A stretch of 42,210 nt of DNA from positions 1 through 42,210 of the forward strand of contig JBFFSH010000019.1 of the NCBI GenBank assembly GCA_041572575.1, written 5' to 3'. Below the pieces are notes generated by a model. The model was not told the origin of the DNA, made no database searches, and worked only from the letters and a program-made list of their open reading frames with translations. Below are positions 19,301 through 28,426 of this stretch, in pieces (positions within the stretch are counted from its first letter, which is position 1; each line of letters starts with the position of its first letter). A program made the translations under genes and the position numbers. This DNA comes from Thermodesulfobacteriota bacterium (GTDB taxonomy: Bacteria > Desulfobacterota_D > UBA1144 > Nemesobacterales > N074bin48).

Positions 19301-22300
19301 CTTGCTGATTTTAAGGACAAAGATACAAATTATAAAGAATCGGTTAAATCATTTAAAGAAGCACTGAAGTATTATGATGCAAATAATCACCCTATAGATA
19401 ATGCAAGGATTAATAATAATCTTGGAAATGTTTATAAATCTTTATCTGAGGTTGAAGGTACTGAAAAAAACCTTAAGAATGCGATTGATTCATATGATAA
19501 AGCTCTTGGCGCTTATACTGAAAATGATTTTCCATATGAATACAGCAAAGTTAAAAATAATTTAGCCATTGCATATTCTGCTCTTGGTCTGCTAAAAAAT
19601 GATTCAGAAATTCTTAATAAATCTATTGATGCACTTAAAAAAGCTCTTAGTATTAGAGATAAGGAACAATATCCCGAAGAATACGCCGCAAGCTGCTACA
19701 ATTTGGGGTCTACATATAGCAAGTGTTATGAATTAAGCGGAGAAACTGAAAATTTAAAGCAATGTATAGAATCATATAAGGATTCTCTTGACCTTAGAAA
19801 AGCGGATAAATATCCAAACGAGTTTGCTGCAACATCAAATAGCCTTGGAAATGCTTACAGGGCGCTTTCACTTGTAGAAGATACTGCCGTTAACCTTGGC
19901 CTTGCAAAAGATTGTTATACAAGCTGCCTTGAAATTTATACTGAAAAAGATTTTCCAGAACAATATGCCGCTGTACAAAATAATTTGGGAGTGGTCTATT
20001 CATCAATCGGGGAGATAAATAATGATCTTTCAAGCTATGAAAAAGCAATCGAACACTACGGTAAGTCCCTTGTAATAAGGGATAAGAAAAATTATCCCAA
20101 GCATTATGCAAATATAAATTCCGGGCTTGGGTCAAACTACTTTCTTCTGTCTCAAAGTAAAGACACAGTGGACAACTTAAAAAAGGCTCTTGAGTGTTAT
20201 ACAGAGTCAATGGATTATTACACATCCAAGGACTTTCCATTTGATCATTATTTCCTGCAGCATAGATTGGGAAATATACACTTTGAACTATCTGAAGTTG
20301 AAAACATCAACGAAAATGCGACAAAAGCTCAGCAATACTTCATAAATTCACTCAAGTACTTCAGTGCCAAGGAATATAAGGCTGAAAATACTCAGATAAA
20401 CAAGAATCTTGGAGAGATTTACTATCTCTTGGCTGAAGAGGGTGATCATAAAAAAAATGTTGCAAGCTCAATTAAACACTTAGAGCAGGCTGTTAATAAC
20501 ATCACCCCAGAAGATGATAAAGATCTTTATTCATCTGTACAGTTTTTGTTGGGCAGGTCATATGAAGACTACTCCAATATAGAAAAAACTGAGGAATATT
20601 TACAAAAGGCAAGGGATTCATTCAGTCAGGCGGTGGAACTGATTGACCCGGAAAATAAGCCATATGAGTATAGCCAAATAAGCTCAACGCTTGGTGGTAT
20701 TTATACCAAACTTTCTGCATACGGAGATAAACTTGCAAACATTTTAAAATCCATTGAGCTATATGAACAGGCCCTCTCACCAAATGCTATTGGCAGAGAT
20801 GACTTTGAATATGGCTATATTTCTAAGGATATAGGCGTAAGCTATACACTTCTTGCAAAAGAAGAAGACAAACTTGAAAACTGCAAAAAAGCAATAGAAT
20901 CATTTAACAATGCTCTAAAAGTTGAAGATATAAAAAATGATCCATATCAGTTTGGTACAGTAAATAAAGAGCTTGCGTCTGCATACGATACTATTTCTCA
21001 AGAGGAACAAAAAATTGAAAACTCGAGACTTGCAGCAGAGGCCTACAAAAAGGCATTGCAAGTATTTAGTTATGATGACTACCCCGAAGATTTCGGTTTA
21101 ATTAATTATAGACTTGGAAGACTTCTTGGAACACTTTCCAAAGCTGCAGATAAAGATTCAAACCTAAATGAAGCTTTGCAATATTTACAGAGCGCTTGTG
21201 AATATTATGATGAGAAATCATATCCTCGGCAATATGCAGATATTCAGTCTGAAATGGGTTCATGTCATAGGGCTCTTGCTGATATCAGTTCTGAGCCTCA
21301 AAAAACTGAGCTTATAAATAAATCTATAGATTGTCTTAAAAACAGTTTAAAAATATATGACGTTAAATCTCATCCTGCAGATTTTGCAAGTATAAGCAAC
21401 GAACTTGGAAACAATTATTTGGTATTGTCTGATTTGCATAAAGATGCCCTAAGCTGCAAAAACGCCATCAAGGCATATGAGGACTCACTTAATATCAGAA
21501 CTTCTGATAACTACCCCGTACAGCATGCACTTACAAGTAACAACCTTGGGGTAGCCTATATCAGTTTATCAGAAATTGAAGATAAGATTAAAAATTGTGA
21601 GGCTTCAATTAAGGCATATAGTGACAGTTTAAGAGTTTATACAGAAGATAATTATCCACTTCAGTTTGCTTCAATTAATTGCAACATGGGCTCGGCGTAC
21701 AGTATACTTGCAATTGAGGAACAGGATGTAGAGCAAAACCTGGAAAACTCTATAAAGTCCTACGAGCAAAGCCTCAAAATTTATAATAATGATGAGTTCC
21801 CTCATGAATTTGCAACTGTACAAAAAGGCATAGCAGATTTATATTACCAGAAGTATCTGCTGAACCAGATTGAAGAAGATTTAACCAAGGCTGTGCAGCT
21901 GTATGAGCAAATCGTTGAAACTAAAGCTTTTGATAATGATTCTGAAGAATTTGCTCAGCTAAACAAAAATCTTGGCAGCACTTGTTTATCCCTATCCGAA
22001 ATCACTAAGAGTGATAAATCTTTACTTGAGAAGGCTTCCGGGTGTTTTGAAATTGCACTAAAGTATTATACTCAGGATGACTTTGAGAATGAATACTATG
22101 AAATTACGAAGAACATCGCCGAGATTGGATTAAAACTGTATTTAGAATCTGGCAGTACTGAGTTGTTTGACAAGGCAAGCAAACAATTTGAGAATTGCAT
22201 CGATTATTATAATCCAACTGATTTTACAGAAGAACACAAAAATATTCAGATAAGTCTTGGAAGGCTTTTAAGTTCAAAATATGAAAGGAAAAACGATCTT

Positions 22301-25300
22301 GATACGCTAAAACTTGCCATAGATCATTTTGAAGCAGCAGCGGATCTTATAAATTTTAAGGATAGTCCAAGCGACTTTGGTTTTGTTAATTTTGAGCTTG
22401 GAAAACTTCATAAATACAGGGCAGAACTAGAAGATAACATTGATATTCTAAATGTTTCACTGATACACATTAACCATGCCCTCAAGTTTTATCATCCTAA
22501 TGAATATAAAAAAGAATATGAGCAGTTGCAGGATATCATCTCAGATATTAAGCCCCAGCTCCTTGAGCTTGAAGAAAAAGACTATGGGGATTCAAAAGAA
22601 GAATTGACAGAAGCTCTGCATTATTACAATGAAATGTTGCAGTCCCTTGATAAATCTAAATCTGAAGACCGTTATTACTCTTTTAAAAATAAACTGGCAA
22701 CTACATTTCTTTCACTTTATGAAAAAGAAGATAATAAGGACCATCTTCAAAAAGCCCTGGATAATTTTAAAGATGTTTTAGAAAACTACAGTTCAATTAC
22801 TGCTGAAGATAAAGCCATACTCAATACAAACATTGCGTCAGCATATTATCTCATTGGAGATATGGGTAAGGATAAAGATACTCTTGAGCACGCTATTTCT
22901 CATAATAAGGATGCTCTAGAATATTTTGTTGCTGGGGATTATCCATTTGAAAATTCAAAGATTCATGATATTAACGGAAAGATATATTTGAGCTTATCCG
23001 AGTCTGAGAATTTTATAGATAACATTATAAGCGCCATTGATAGTTTTGATAAATCCTGTGTGATTGACAGGGAAGAATATCCACAGGAATACAAGAACAT
23101 TGAAAATAACTTTAATAAATTGTATGACCTGCTTGAATCAAAAGAAGACGAACTTACAGGTGAAGAGGAATACTGTAATAAGCTTATCACCATTTATGAA
23201 CAGCTTCTTAACATCAGCTTCATTAAGGAATATTTACCGAAATATTCCGAAACTAAAAAAAGGATAGGCCACCTGTACTCAGTGGTTGCTGATATAGGAA
23301 AAGAGGCTGAAAACTACGATAAATCCATAGATAAATACACTGAAGCTTTAGAGTTTTTTAGTGCAAAGGACAATCCTCAGGAATATGCCTATTTAAACAG
23401 GTCACTTGCAAAGGCTTATAGCTATTCATATATAGAGTCTGCAGAACAAAGTAAAATAGATAATGCCATAGATGCTTATAACAAATGCATAGATTATTAT
23501 GAAAAAAACGACTATGGGCGCGAACATGCAGAGGTTCAGACAGAGCTTGGTGACCTGTTTGTAAAATTACAGGAAAAAAGCCCGGGTGATGAAAACCTGA
23601 TGCAGGCCCTTGAATATTATAAAACCGCAATTGAAATCTATTCAAAAGGCGGATTCGAACAAGACCTGGGCACAGTAGTGAAAAAGTGTGAGAGTGCTTG
23701 CAGTGATTATTTAGATGTTTTAGACACAATGTTGAAAGAAGAATTACTTGATCCAGTTGCTGAAAGTCTAAAGACACTAAAAAACAAATATGAGCAATTT
23801 TTAGAATTGCAAATTAACAAACTGCCTGATACGAATTTTGGAATTGCACATTTAAAAATTGGGCAGATATTCATGCAGCTTTCCAATATGGAAAGTGAGG
23901 ATGATAATTTGCAAGCCTGCATAAAATCTTTTGAAAAAGCAATAAGTATTCTGGATTCCAAGACAAATAAGGATCAGTATTCATTAACTCTTAAAAATCT
24001 AAGTGATCTATATCTGAGGATTTCCGAAGAGTCCAGAAATGAAAAAGATATAAATAAATGTATAAATTATTCAAAGGAATACCAGAGCCTTTTTCCGGGA
24101 AGTTATGCAGAGACCAATTACAATGAAGTATCTCAGAATTTAAATACAGCTACTAAACTTCTGGATGATGTTAACAAGGGTTATGAGGCGCTCGAAGAAA
24201 AACTTAGCATCAAAGACACTAAAGAAGAAAAACAAGATAAACCTAAAGAACAAGCGGATAGTAAAAGCGAAGAGGCAGAAAAGGTTGAAGAACCTATACA
24301 AGAGGATCAAGGAGAGGAAGAAAAGCAGGCTGAACCACAAAGTATTACCGAAGACAGTGTTGAGACAGATGAAGAAATTGAAGAGCTAGATGAAATAGAA
24401 ATACTCGATGTTGAACATATAATTGATGAAGATGAACAGATTGTTGATGAAGAGGATATTCAACAACCCATACAATTTAGCGAGTCTGCCAAGGATGAGC
24501 CGAAAATAGAAAATGTAGAAGATGAGATTAAAAATTATGAAAACAAGCTAAGAACCACTAGTAAAAAAGACAACCCCGAAGATTATGCAGACAGCCTTTA
24601 TATACTCGGAAATGCTTATCTGCAGTTAGCTAAAAATGATAATGACCTGGATGCATATTCCAAGGCAGCAGAGGCGTTTAGAGAATCATTATCGTATTAT
24701 ACAAAGACAGTTGATAAGCAGCGTTACGGGCTTATAAAAAAATCTCTGGGCGACATATTTACAAAGTATGCCGAGGTAGAAGATAAAGTAAAAAACCTTA
24801 GAGAAGGCATCAAGCTTCTCGAAGAATCGTATGAAATACTAAAAGAGTCGGGTACAAAAGATTCAGTAAAAGATAATCTATTAATTCTTGCAAGGGCACA
24901 TTTTTCAATTTCGGAACAAGAAGGGCAGAACGATGATTATAAGACCTCGCTTGGCTATTCTACTAAAGCGCTTACTCTTATGGATGATAGCGAAAAACTG
25001 TCCAGTGCGCAGACAAGCAGACTTATAGCTGATACTTATAGAGCAATTAATGAACAATCTTCTCTCACTTCCAATTTTAAAAATTCGGTTGAGCACTACA
25101 AAAAAACATTAATATACTATACTAAAACAGATTTTCCTGATGATTATGCAAACATATACGACAGCATGGGTTCTTGTTATAAAGTACTGGCGGAATTAGA
25201 GGACAGCAGTAAAAACCTTGCCGAATCAATTAACTGCTATAATGAAATCCTGGGCGTTTATGATCTGGAGAAATCTCCACAGCAGTATGCGGCTACAGAG

Positions 25301-27025
25301 AATAACCTTGGCATAATTTACCGGGCGCTTTCCGAAGTTGAAAATAAAGCTGAAAACTGCAAAAAAGCAATCGACTCTTATGAAAAGACGCTAAAAGTTT
25401 ATAATATAGGTGACTACCCACAGCAGTATGGTGCAATACAAAACAATCTGGGTGCTGCATACAGAAGCCTTTCTGAAGTAGAGAACAAGGCTCCAAATTG
25501 TAAAAAAGCCATTAATTCTTTTAGAGAGGCTCTTAAGGTAAGAACAATTGACGAATATCCTGCCTACCATGCATCTACTCAAAACAATCTCGCCGCTACT
25601 TACCTAACTCTTGCAGAGGCCGAAGATTCCAAGGCAAATAACAAGAATGCTATTAATGCATATGAGGACTCCCTTAAGGTTTTTACATTTAAAGAATTTC
25701 CACTCGAGCACGGTATTATCCAAAAGAACATCGGAGATATTTATTTTGATAACTCTGCCGGTGATGATAAAAAGGATATCAAAAAGGCGCTTAGCTGTTA
25801 TGAGAGTGCGATTATTAGCTATGATAAGGATGCATATGCCGAGGAATATAGCGAGCTTAGCAACAAGGTAGGAGAAATTTATCTTACCTTTACCGAAAAA
25901 GATGAAAGGATAAAAAATCTAAACGAAGCCATAAAATATTTTGAAGGAGCTCATAGCTGTCTAAGTAAGGATGATCATAAATATGAGTATATAGTTACAT
26001 GTAAAAACCTGAGTGTAGGTTATCTTGAGCTTGGTGAAGAGCAAGATGATGTAGAAAAATATAAGAAGGCAAGGGAGTTTGGAGAAGAGGCGCTTTCGCA
26101 TATAAATGATAAAGATTCTAAAGAGTTTGGTGAGACCACTAAATGTCTGGGTAGTGTTTACTATGATATAGGGGCAGAAACGGGTGACCTTGAGAGCTAT
26201 CATAAATGCCTGGAATCATTTAACTCAAGCCTTAAATATTTTACAAAAGAAGATCATGAAGAGGACTATGCAACTATAAAAGACAATCTAGCTACATGCT
26301 ATAAGACTCTTTCCGAATATGAAAATGAAGCAGCTAACTGCAACAAGGCAATAGAATGTTATATGGATGTACTAAAAGTTTACAGCTCGGAAGAAAGCCC
26401 AATACAATATGCGGCTACACAAAATAATCTCGGGGTAACATACAGAACGCTTGCAGAATACGAAAATCAGGCTGAGAATTGCAAAAAGGCCATCGATTCA
26501 TATGAACAAACTCTAAAAGTGTATGACTTTGATAACTTCCCGCTTCAGTATGGAGCAATAAAAAATAACCTGGGTGCAGCTTACAAAACACTAGCTGATG
26601 TTGAAAATAAAGTCGGAAACAGCAATAAAGCCATCGACTGTTATAATGAGGCTTTGAAAGTTAGAACCTTTGATGCATTCCCTATGCATTTTGCCGCTAC
26701 TCAAAACAATCTTGGGGTTGCCTACAGGACTCTTGCAGAGGAAGAGGGCAGGGCGGAAAACTCAAAGAACGCTATTAGGGCCTATGAGAGCGCGCTTGAG
26801 GTCTATACCTACAGAAACTTCCCGGTACAGTTTGCATCTGTACAGAACAACATCGGTATGACATACAGGACTCTTGCCGAGATTGAAGATAAGCTTGGCA
26901 GCTGCCAAAAAGGAATCAAGGCATTTGAAGAAGCGCTTAGCGTATTCACTGCGGACGAACACCCCGATACCTATGAGCTTGTAAAAGCTAATTTGGATGA
27001 TATCACAAAGTTTGAGATGAGTTAA
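16382..27025 (+). CDS. Giant TPR-like solenoid protein (3547 aa, 47-aa repeats) with an N-terminal TIR/NDT-like alpha/beta domain
   Basis: Uninterrupted ORF. Repeat consensus (Y/F)PxxYAxxQNNLGxAYxxLxExEDxxENxxKAIxxYExALKVYT, with a P-to-P spacing of 47 aa where counted. Acidic linker at about 24210-24530. Confidence 0.9.
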   Translation: MSESRIENKLLNDHADCLERVYIEGQVPCVVFYKGDSPDEYTLKLYNIFSNRGFKSYLVPEDFLIKDKQDLKVYEEIINSACLFIFYIDENRSSFLYCLGHIRAKSRPILTITREKLLEDISSDYSSEFKYDSGFYEIDYGKLSEIGQESNSLVNFIASVDHSKNFVLSSKDSDNEISDIYASFDQIIEYIKPDLQSLFTEDLNDKLSGDLEPEYKDIIDTYFGLNNTDSDKLIKYLDIKPKDKSLKNSSAYLLFLNIVLTNIINYLSNKYSDKNYKLVLDKYEEIIKNTEITDEKKHTVHSIIGLENKGAACLILSCLKHDDSFLEESEKLFEKSSKLKKTNLLKDIFSGAKINYALLQEYLADSTGSVDSFNNTLELLKDADIANDGFDPAFKDGLALNNKAICLRKLSPVTKNQSELQLAAEQSEKAFKIFESSNRTLHKISALFNISASLLYESKLANEKKFCTEALEKLDQAFDLLDKNTDVRLYKKALIIKALIFEHLFEFDNSTDNLQNAIEHYTQALDCVSDQVDSINVALIKNQIGVNYNILAETADKTENSKKSVKFHGEALTSISKETHLYEYSYIKMCEGNSYRLLAEEEESQDNCLLAQRCYEASLGHFSADEYPREYAIVNNNIGSTFEFLAAITDDKNYLEKAIAAYEQTLKIYNIKDNPYEYAAVQNNLGNSFGARSEFEDPAENGSKAITAYTEALKVRTLSDYPKEYAMTQNNLGVVYDIISEHEDKEANSKSAIECYKESIKFYDEESFAENYAMIQKNLGGAYRRLSEVSNAKDNSLLAKDAYEKALRFYTKDDFAEDYSLIQKNISSLLTNVARYSKDKGELIKSIEQHNATLKELDQNTDSDEYAFVLNDICILKSALFDLEHTESNLKSLSESCNRALEVITPEDNSSEFASINKMLSDAFISYLETNSSEDYCLDAIGFGKQALKVYKSKDYPADNAKLNENIGIAQSSLADFKDKDTNYKESVKSFKEALKYYDANNHPIDNARINNNLGNVYKSLSEVEGTEKNLKNAIDSYDKALGAYTENDFPYEYSKVKNNLAIAYSALGLLKNDSEILNKSIDALKKALSIRDKEQYPEEYAASCYNLGSTYSKCYELSGETENLKQCIESYKDSLDLRKADKYPNEFAATSNSLGNAYRALSLVEDTAVNLGLAKDCYTSCLEIYTEKDFPEQYAAVQNNLGVVYSSIGEINNDLSSYEKAIEHYGKSLVIRDKKNYPKHYANINSGLGSNYFLLSQSKDTVDNLKKALECYTESMDYYTSKDFPFDHYFLQHRLGNIHFELSEVENINENATKAQQYFINSLKYFSAKEYKAENTQINKNLGEIYYLLAEEGDHKKNVASSIKHLEQAVNNITPEDDKDLYSSVQFLLGRSYEDYSNIEKTEEYLQKARDSFSQAVELIDPENKPYEYSQISSTLGGIYTKLSAYGDKLANILKSIELYEQALSPNAIGRDDFEYGYISKDIGVSYTLLAKEEDKLENCKKAIESFNNALKVEDIKNDPYQFGTVNKELASAYDTISQEEQKIENSRLAAEAYKKALQVFSYDDYPEDFGLINYRLGRLLGTLSKAADKDSNLNEALQYLQSACEYYDEKSYPRQYADIQSEMGSCHRALADISSEPQKTELINKSIDCLKNSLKIYDVKSHPADFASISNELGNNYLVLSDLHKDALSCKNAIKAYEDSLNIRTSDNYPVQHALTSNNLGVAYISLSEIEDKIKNCEASIKAYSDSLRVYTEDNYPLQFASINCNMGSAYSILAIEEQDVEQNLENSIKSYEQSLKIYNNDEFPHEFATVQKGIADLYYQKYLLNQIEEDLTKAVQLYEQIVETKAFDNDSEEFAQLNKNLGSTCLSLSEITKSDKSLLEKASGCFEIALKYYTQDDFENEYYEITKNIAEIGLKLYLESGSTELFDKASKQFENCIDYYNPTDFTEEHKNIQISLGRLLSSKYERKNDLDTLKLAIDHFEAAADLINFKDSPSDFGFVNFELGKLHKYRAELEDNIDILNVSLIHINHALKFYHPNEYKKEYEQLQDIISDIKPQLLELEEKDYGDSKEELTEALHYYNEMLQSLDKSKSEDRYYSFKNKLATTFLSLYEKEDNKDHLQKALDNFKDVLENYSSITAEDKAILNTNIASAYYLIGDMGKDKDTLEHAISHNKDALEYFVAGDYPFENSKIHDINGKIYLSLSESENFIDNIISAIDSFDKSCVIDREEYPQEYKNIENNFNKLYDLLESKEDELTGEEEYCNKLITIYEQLLNISFIKEYLPKYSETKKRIGHLYSVVADIGKEAENYDKSIDKYTEALEFFSAKDNPQEYAYLNRSLAKAYSYSYIESAEQSKIDNAIDAYNKCIDYYEKNDYGREHAEVQTELGDLFVKLQEKSPGDENLMQALEYYKTAIEIYSKGGFEQDLGTVVKKCESACSDYLDVLDTMLKEELLDPVAESLKTLKNKYEQFLELQINKLPDTNFGIAHLKIGQIFMQLSNMESEDDNLQACIKSFEKAISILDSKTNKDQYSLTLKNLSDLYLRISEESRNEKDINKCINYSKEYQSLFPGSYAETNYNEVSQNLNTATKLLDDVNKGYEALEEKLSIKDTKEEKQDKPKEQADSKSEEAEKVEEPIQEDQGEEEKQAEPQSITEDSVETDEEIEELDEIEILDVEHIIDEDEQIVDEEDIQQPIQFSESAKDEPKIENVEDEIKNYENKLRTTSKKDNPEDYADSLYILGNAYLQLAKNDNDLDAYSKAAEAFRESLSYYTKTVDKQRYGLIKKSLGDIFTKYAEVEDKVKNLREGIKLLEESYEILKESGTKDSVKDNLLILARAHFSISEQEGQNDDYKTSLGYSTKALTLMDDSEKLSSAQTSRLIADTYRAINEQSSLTSNFKNSVEHYKKTLIYYTKTDFPDDYANIYDSMGSCYKVLAELEDSSKNLAESINCYNEILGVYDLEKSPQQYAATENNLGIIYRALSEVENKAENCKKAIDSYEKTLKVYNIGDYPQQYGAIQNNLGAAYRSLSEVENKAPNCKKAINSFREALKVRTIDEYPAYHASTQNNLAATYLTLAEAEDSKANNKNAINAYEDSLKVFTFKEFPLEHGIIQKNIGDIYFDNSAGDDKKDIKKALSCYESAIISYDKDAYAEEYSELSNKVGEIYLTFTEKDERIKNLNEAIKYFEGAHSCLSKDDHKYEYIVTCKNLSVGYLELGEEQDDVEKYKKAREFGEEALSHINDKDSKEFGETTKCLGSVYYDIGAETGDLESYHKCLESFNSSLKYFTKEDHEEDYATIKDNLATCYKTLSEYENEAANCNKAIECYMDVLKVYSSEESPIQYAATQNNLGVTYRTLAEYENQAENCKKAIDSYEQTLKVYDFDNFPLQYGAIKNNLGAAYKTLADVENKVGNSNKAIDCYNEALKVRTFDAFPMHFAATQNNLGVAYRTLAEEEGRAENSKNAIRAYESALEVYTYRNFPVQFASVQNNIGMTYRTLAEIEDKLGSCQKGIKAFEEALSVFTADEHPDTYELVKANLDDITKFEMS

Positions 27026-27049
27026 GCTTTATATGATTTGTAAATCAAT

Positions 27050-28306
27050 CTATTGATTGAATTCAAATTTCTGAATCGCAGTTAAATCCACCTCTTCTTC
27101 ACTGCTCGACTGCATATCTCTTATTTTTACTTTGCCTCGCTCAAACTCCTCTTCCCCAACAATGACAGTATATTTTGCCTCAAGCTTGTTCGCTCTTTTA
27201 AGCTTGCTCTTAAGGCTCCTGTCATTGTAGTCCACTTCTACTGTTAAACCTTTTTGCCTGAGATCAAAAGCAGTCTTCATGGCAAAGTCTTCGTACTTAT
27301 TATCAAGATAGGCAATATATATATCTGTCCTTTTATTAAAACCTGCCGGATGCAGTTTTTCATGCAGCAGTATCATCCTTTCTATACCGGTAGCAAAACC
27401 AATGGCAGGGGTGTCCTGTCCTCCAAGCTGTTTTACAAGCCCGTCGTATCTGCCGCCGGCAGCGACGGCGTTTTGTGATCCAAGTGCATCGGTTGTCACT
27501 TCAAACACGGTTCTGTTATAGTAATCAAGCCCTCTCACTATTTTAGGATTAATCACATATTCGACTTCCATCCTATCAAGGAGCTCTCTTACTCTTTTAA
27601 AATGGATGTCACACTCCTCACACAGAAAATCAAGAATCGAAGGTAGATCGGCTGTAGCTTTACTGCAAGACTCTTTCTTGCAGTCAAGAATTCTAAGCGG
27701 GTTAGTGCTTAGTCTCCTCTTGCAGTCATCACAGAGCTCATTTTCTTTTGCCTTAAGTACTTTTGTAATTTCCTCTTTATAATGCGGTCTGCACTTGTCA
27801 TCCCCAAGACTGCTGAGCTCAATTTGCAATGCAGAGCCTATGCTGCTTTTTTCAAAAATTTCCCATAGCATTATTATTGCCTCAGCATCATACTGAGGGT
27901 CATAAGAGCCAAATAACTCAGCACCAATCTGGCTGAAGCTTCTATAACGGCCTTTTTGCGGCCTTTCATGCCTGAACATAGGCCCAAGATAATATAGTTT
28001 ATTGATAGGAGACTTTAGATGCATCGAGTTTTCTATATAAGAACGCACTACGCTTGCCGTGCCTTCTGGCCGCAGCGTAATGGAAGAGCCGTCGCGGTCT
28101 TCAAATGTGTACATCTCTTTTTCGACTATGTCTGTTGTATTCCCTATTCCTCTTGTAAATACCTCGGTAAATTCCAATAAAGGAGGCCTGATTTCTGAAA
28201 AGCCATATAGCTCGAGAATTTGCTTTGCCGTGTCTTCGATAAAATGCCATCTTTTAATGTTCTCCGGCAGAGTATCTTTAAAACCTCTTATCGTTTGTGT
28301 TTTCAT
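27050..28306 (-). CDS. hisS: Histidine--tRNA ligase
   Basis: TDIVEKEMYTF, LRPEGTA, FRHERPQKGRYR, VRGLDYY, GGRYDGL, GFATGIER. Confidence 0.98.
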   Translation of the reverse strand: MKTQTIRGFKDTLPENIKRWHFIEDTAKQILELYGFSEIRPPLLEFTEVFTRGIGNTTDIVEKEMYTFEDRDGSSITLRPEGTASVVRSYIENSMHLKSPINKLYYLGPMFRHERPQKGRYRSFSQIGAELFGSYDPQYDAEAIIMLWEIFEKSSIGSALQIELSSLGDDKCRPHYKEEITKVLKAKENELCDDCKRRLSTNPLRILDCKKESCSKATADLPSILDFLCEECDIHFKRVRELLDRMEVEYVINPKIVRGLDYYNRTVFEVTTDALGSQNAVAAGGRYDGLVKQLGGQDTPAIGFATGIERMILLHEKLHPAGFNKRTDIYIAYLDNKYEDFAMKTAFDLRQKGLTVEVDYNDRSLKSKLKRANKLEAKYTVIVGEEEFERGKVKIRDMQSSSEEEVDLTAIQKFEFNQ

Positions 28307-28426
28307 ATTTTATATAATCCCTGCTGTCTTGAGTATGAATAAATCAGCTATAAACTAATTCTATTTTGTAATAAATACAATATAAAGGTTAAATTATATC
28401 TTTTAAATTAAACAGGGACTATAAAA

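Noticed and set aside
17206..26962. Many short antisense or alternate-frame ORFs inside the giant gene
   Set aside because: Shadow ORFs with no recognisable motifs.
16382..27025. DGR target, CRISPR array or recent tandem DNA repeat as explanation for the repeats
   Set aside because: The repeats are protein-level and diverged at synonymous sites. I saw no adenine-specific TR/VR pair, no reverse transcriptase and no repeat-spacer structure.
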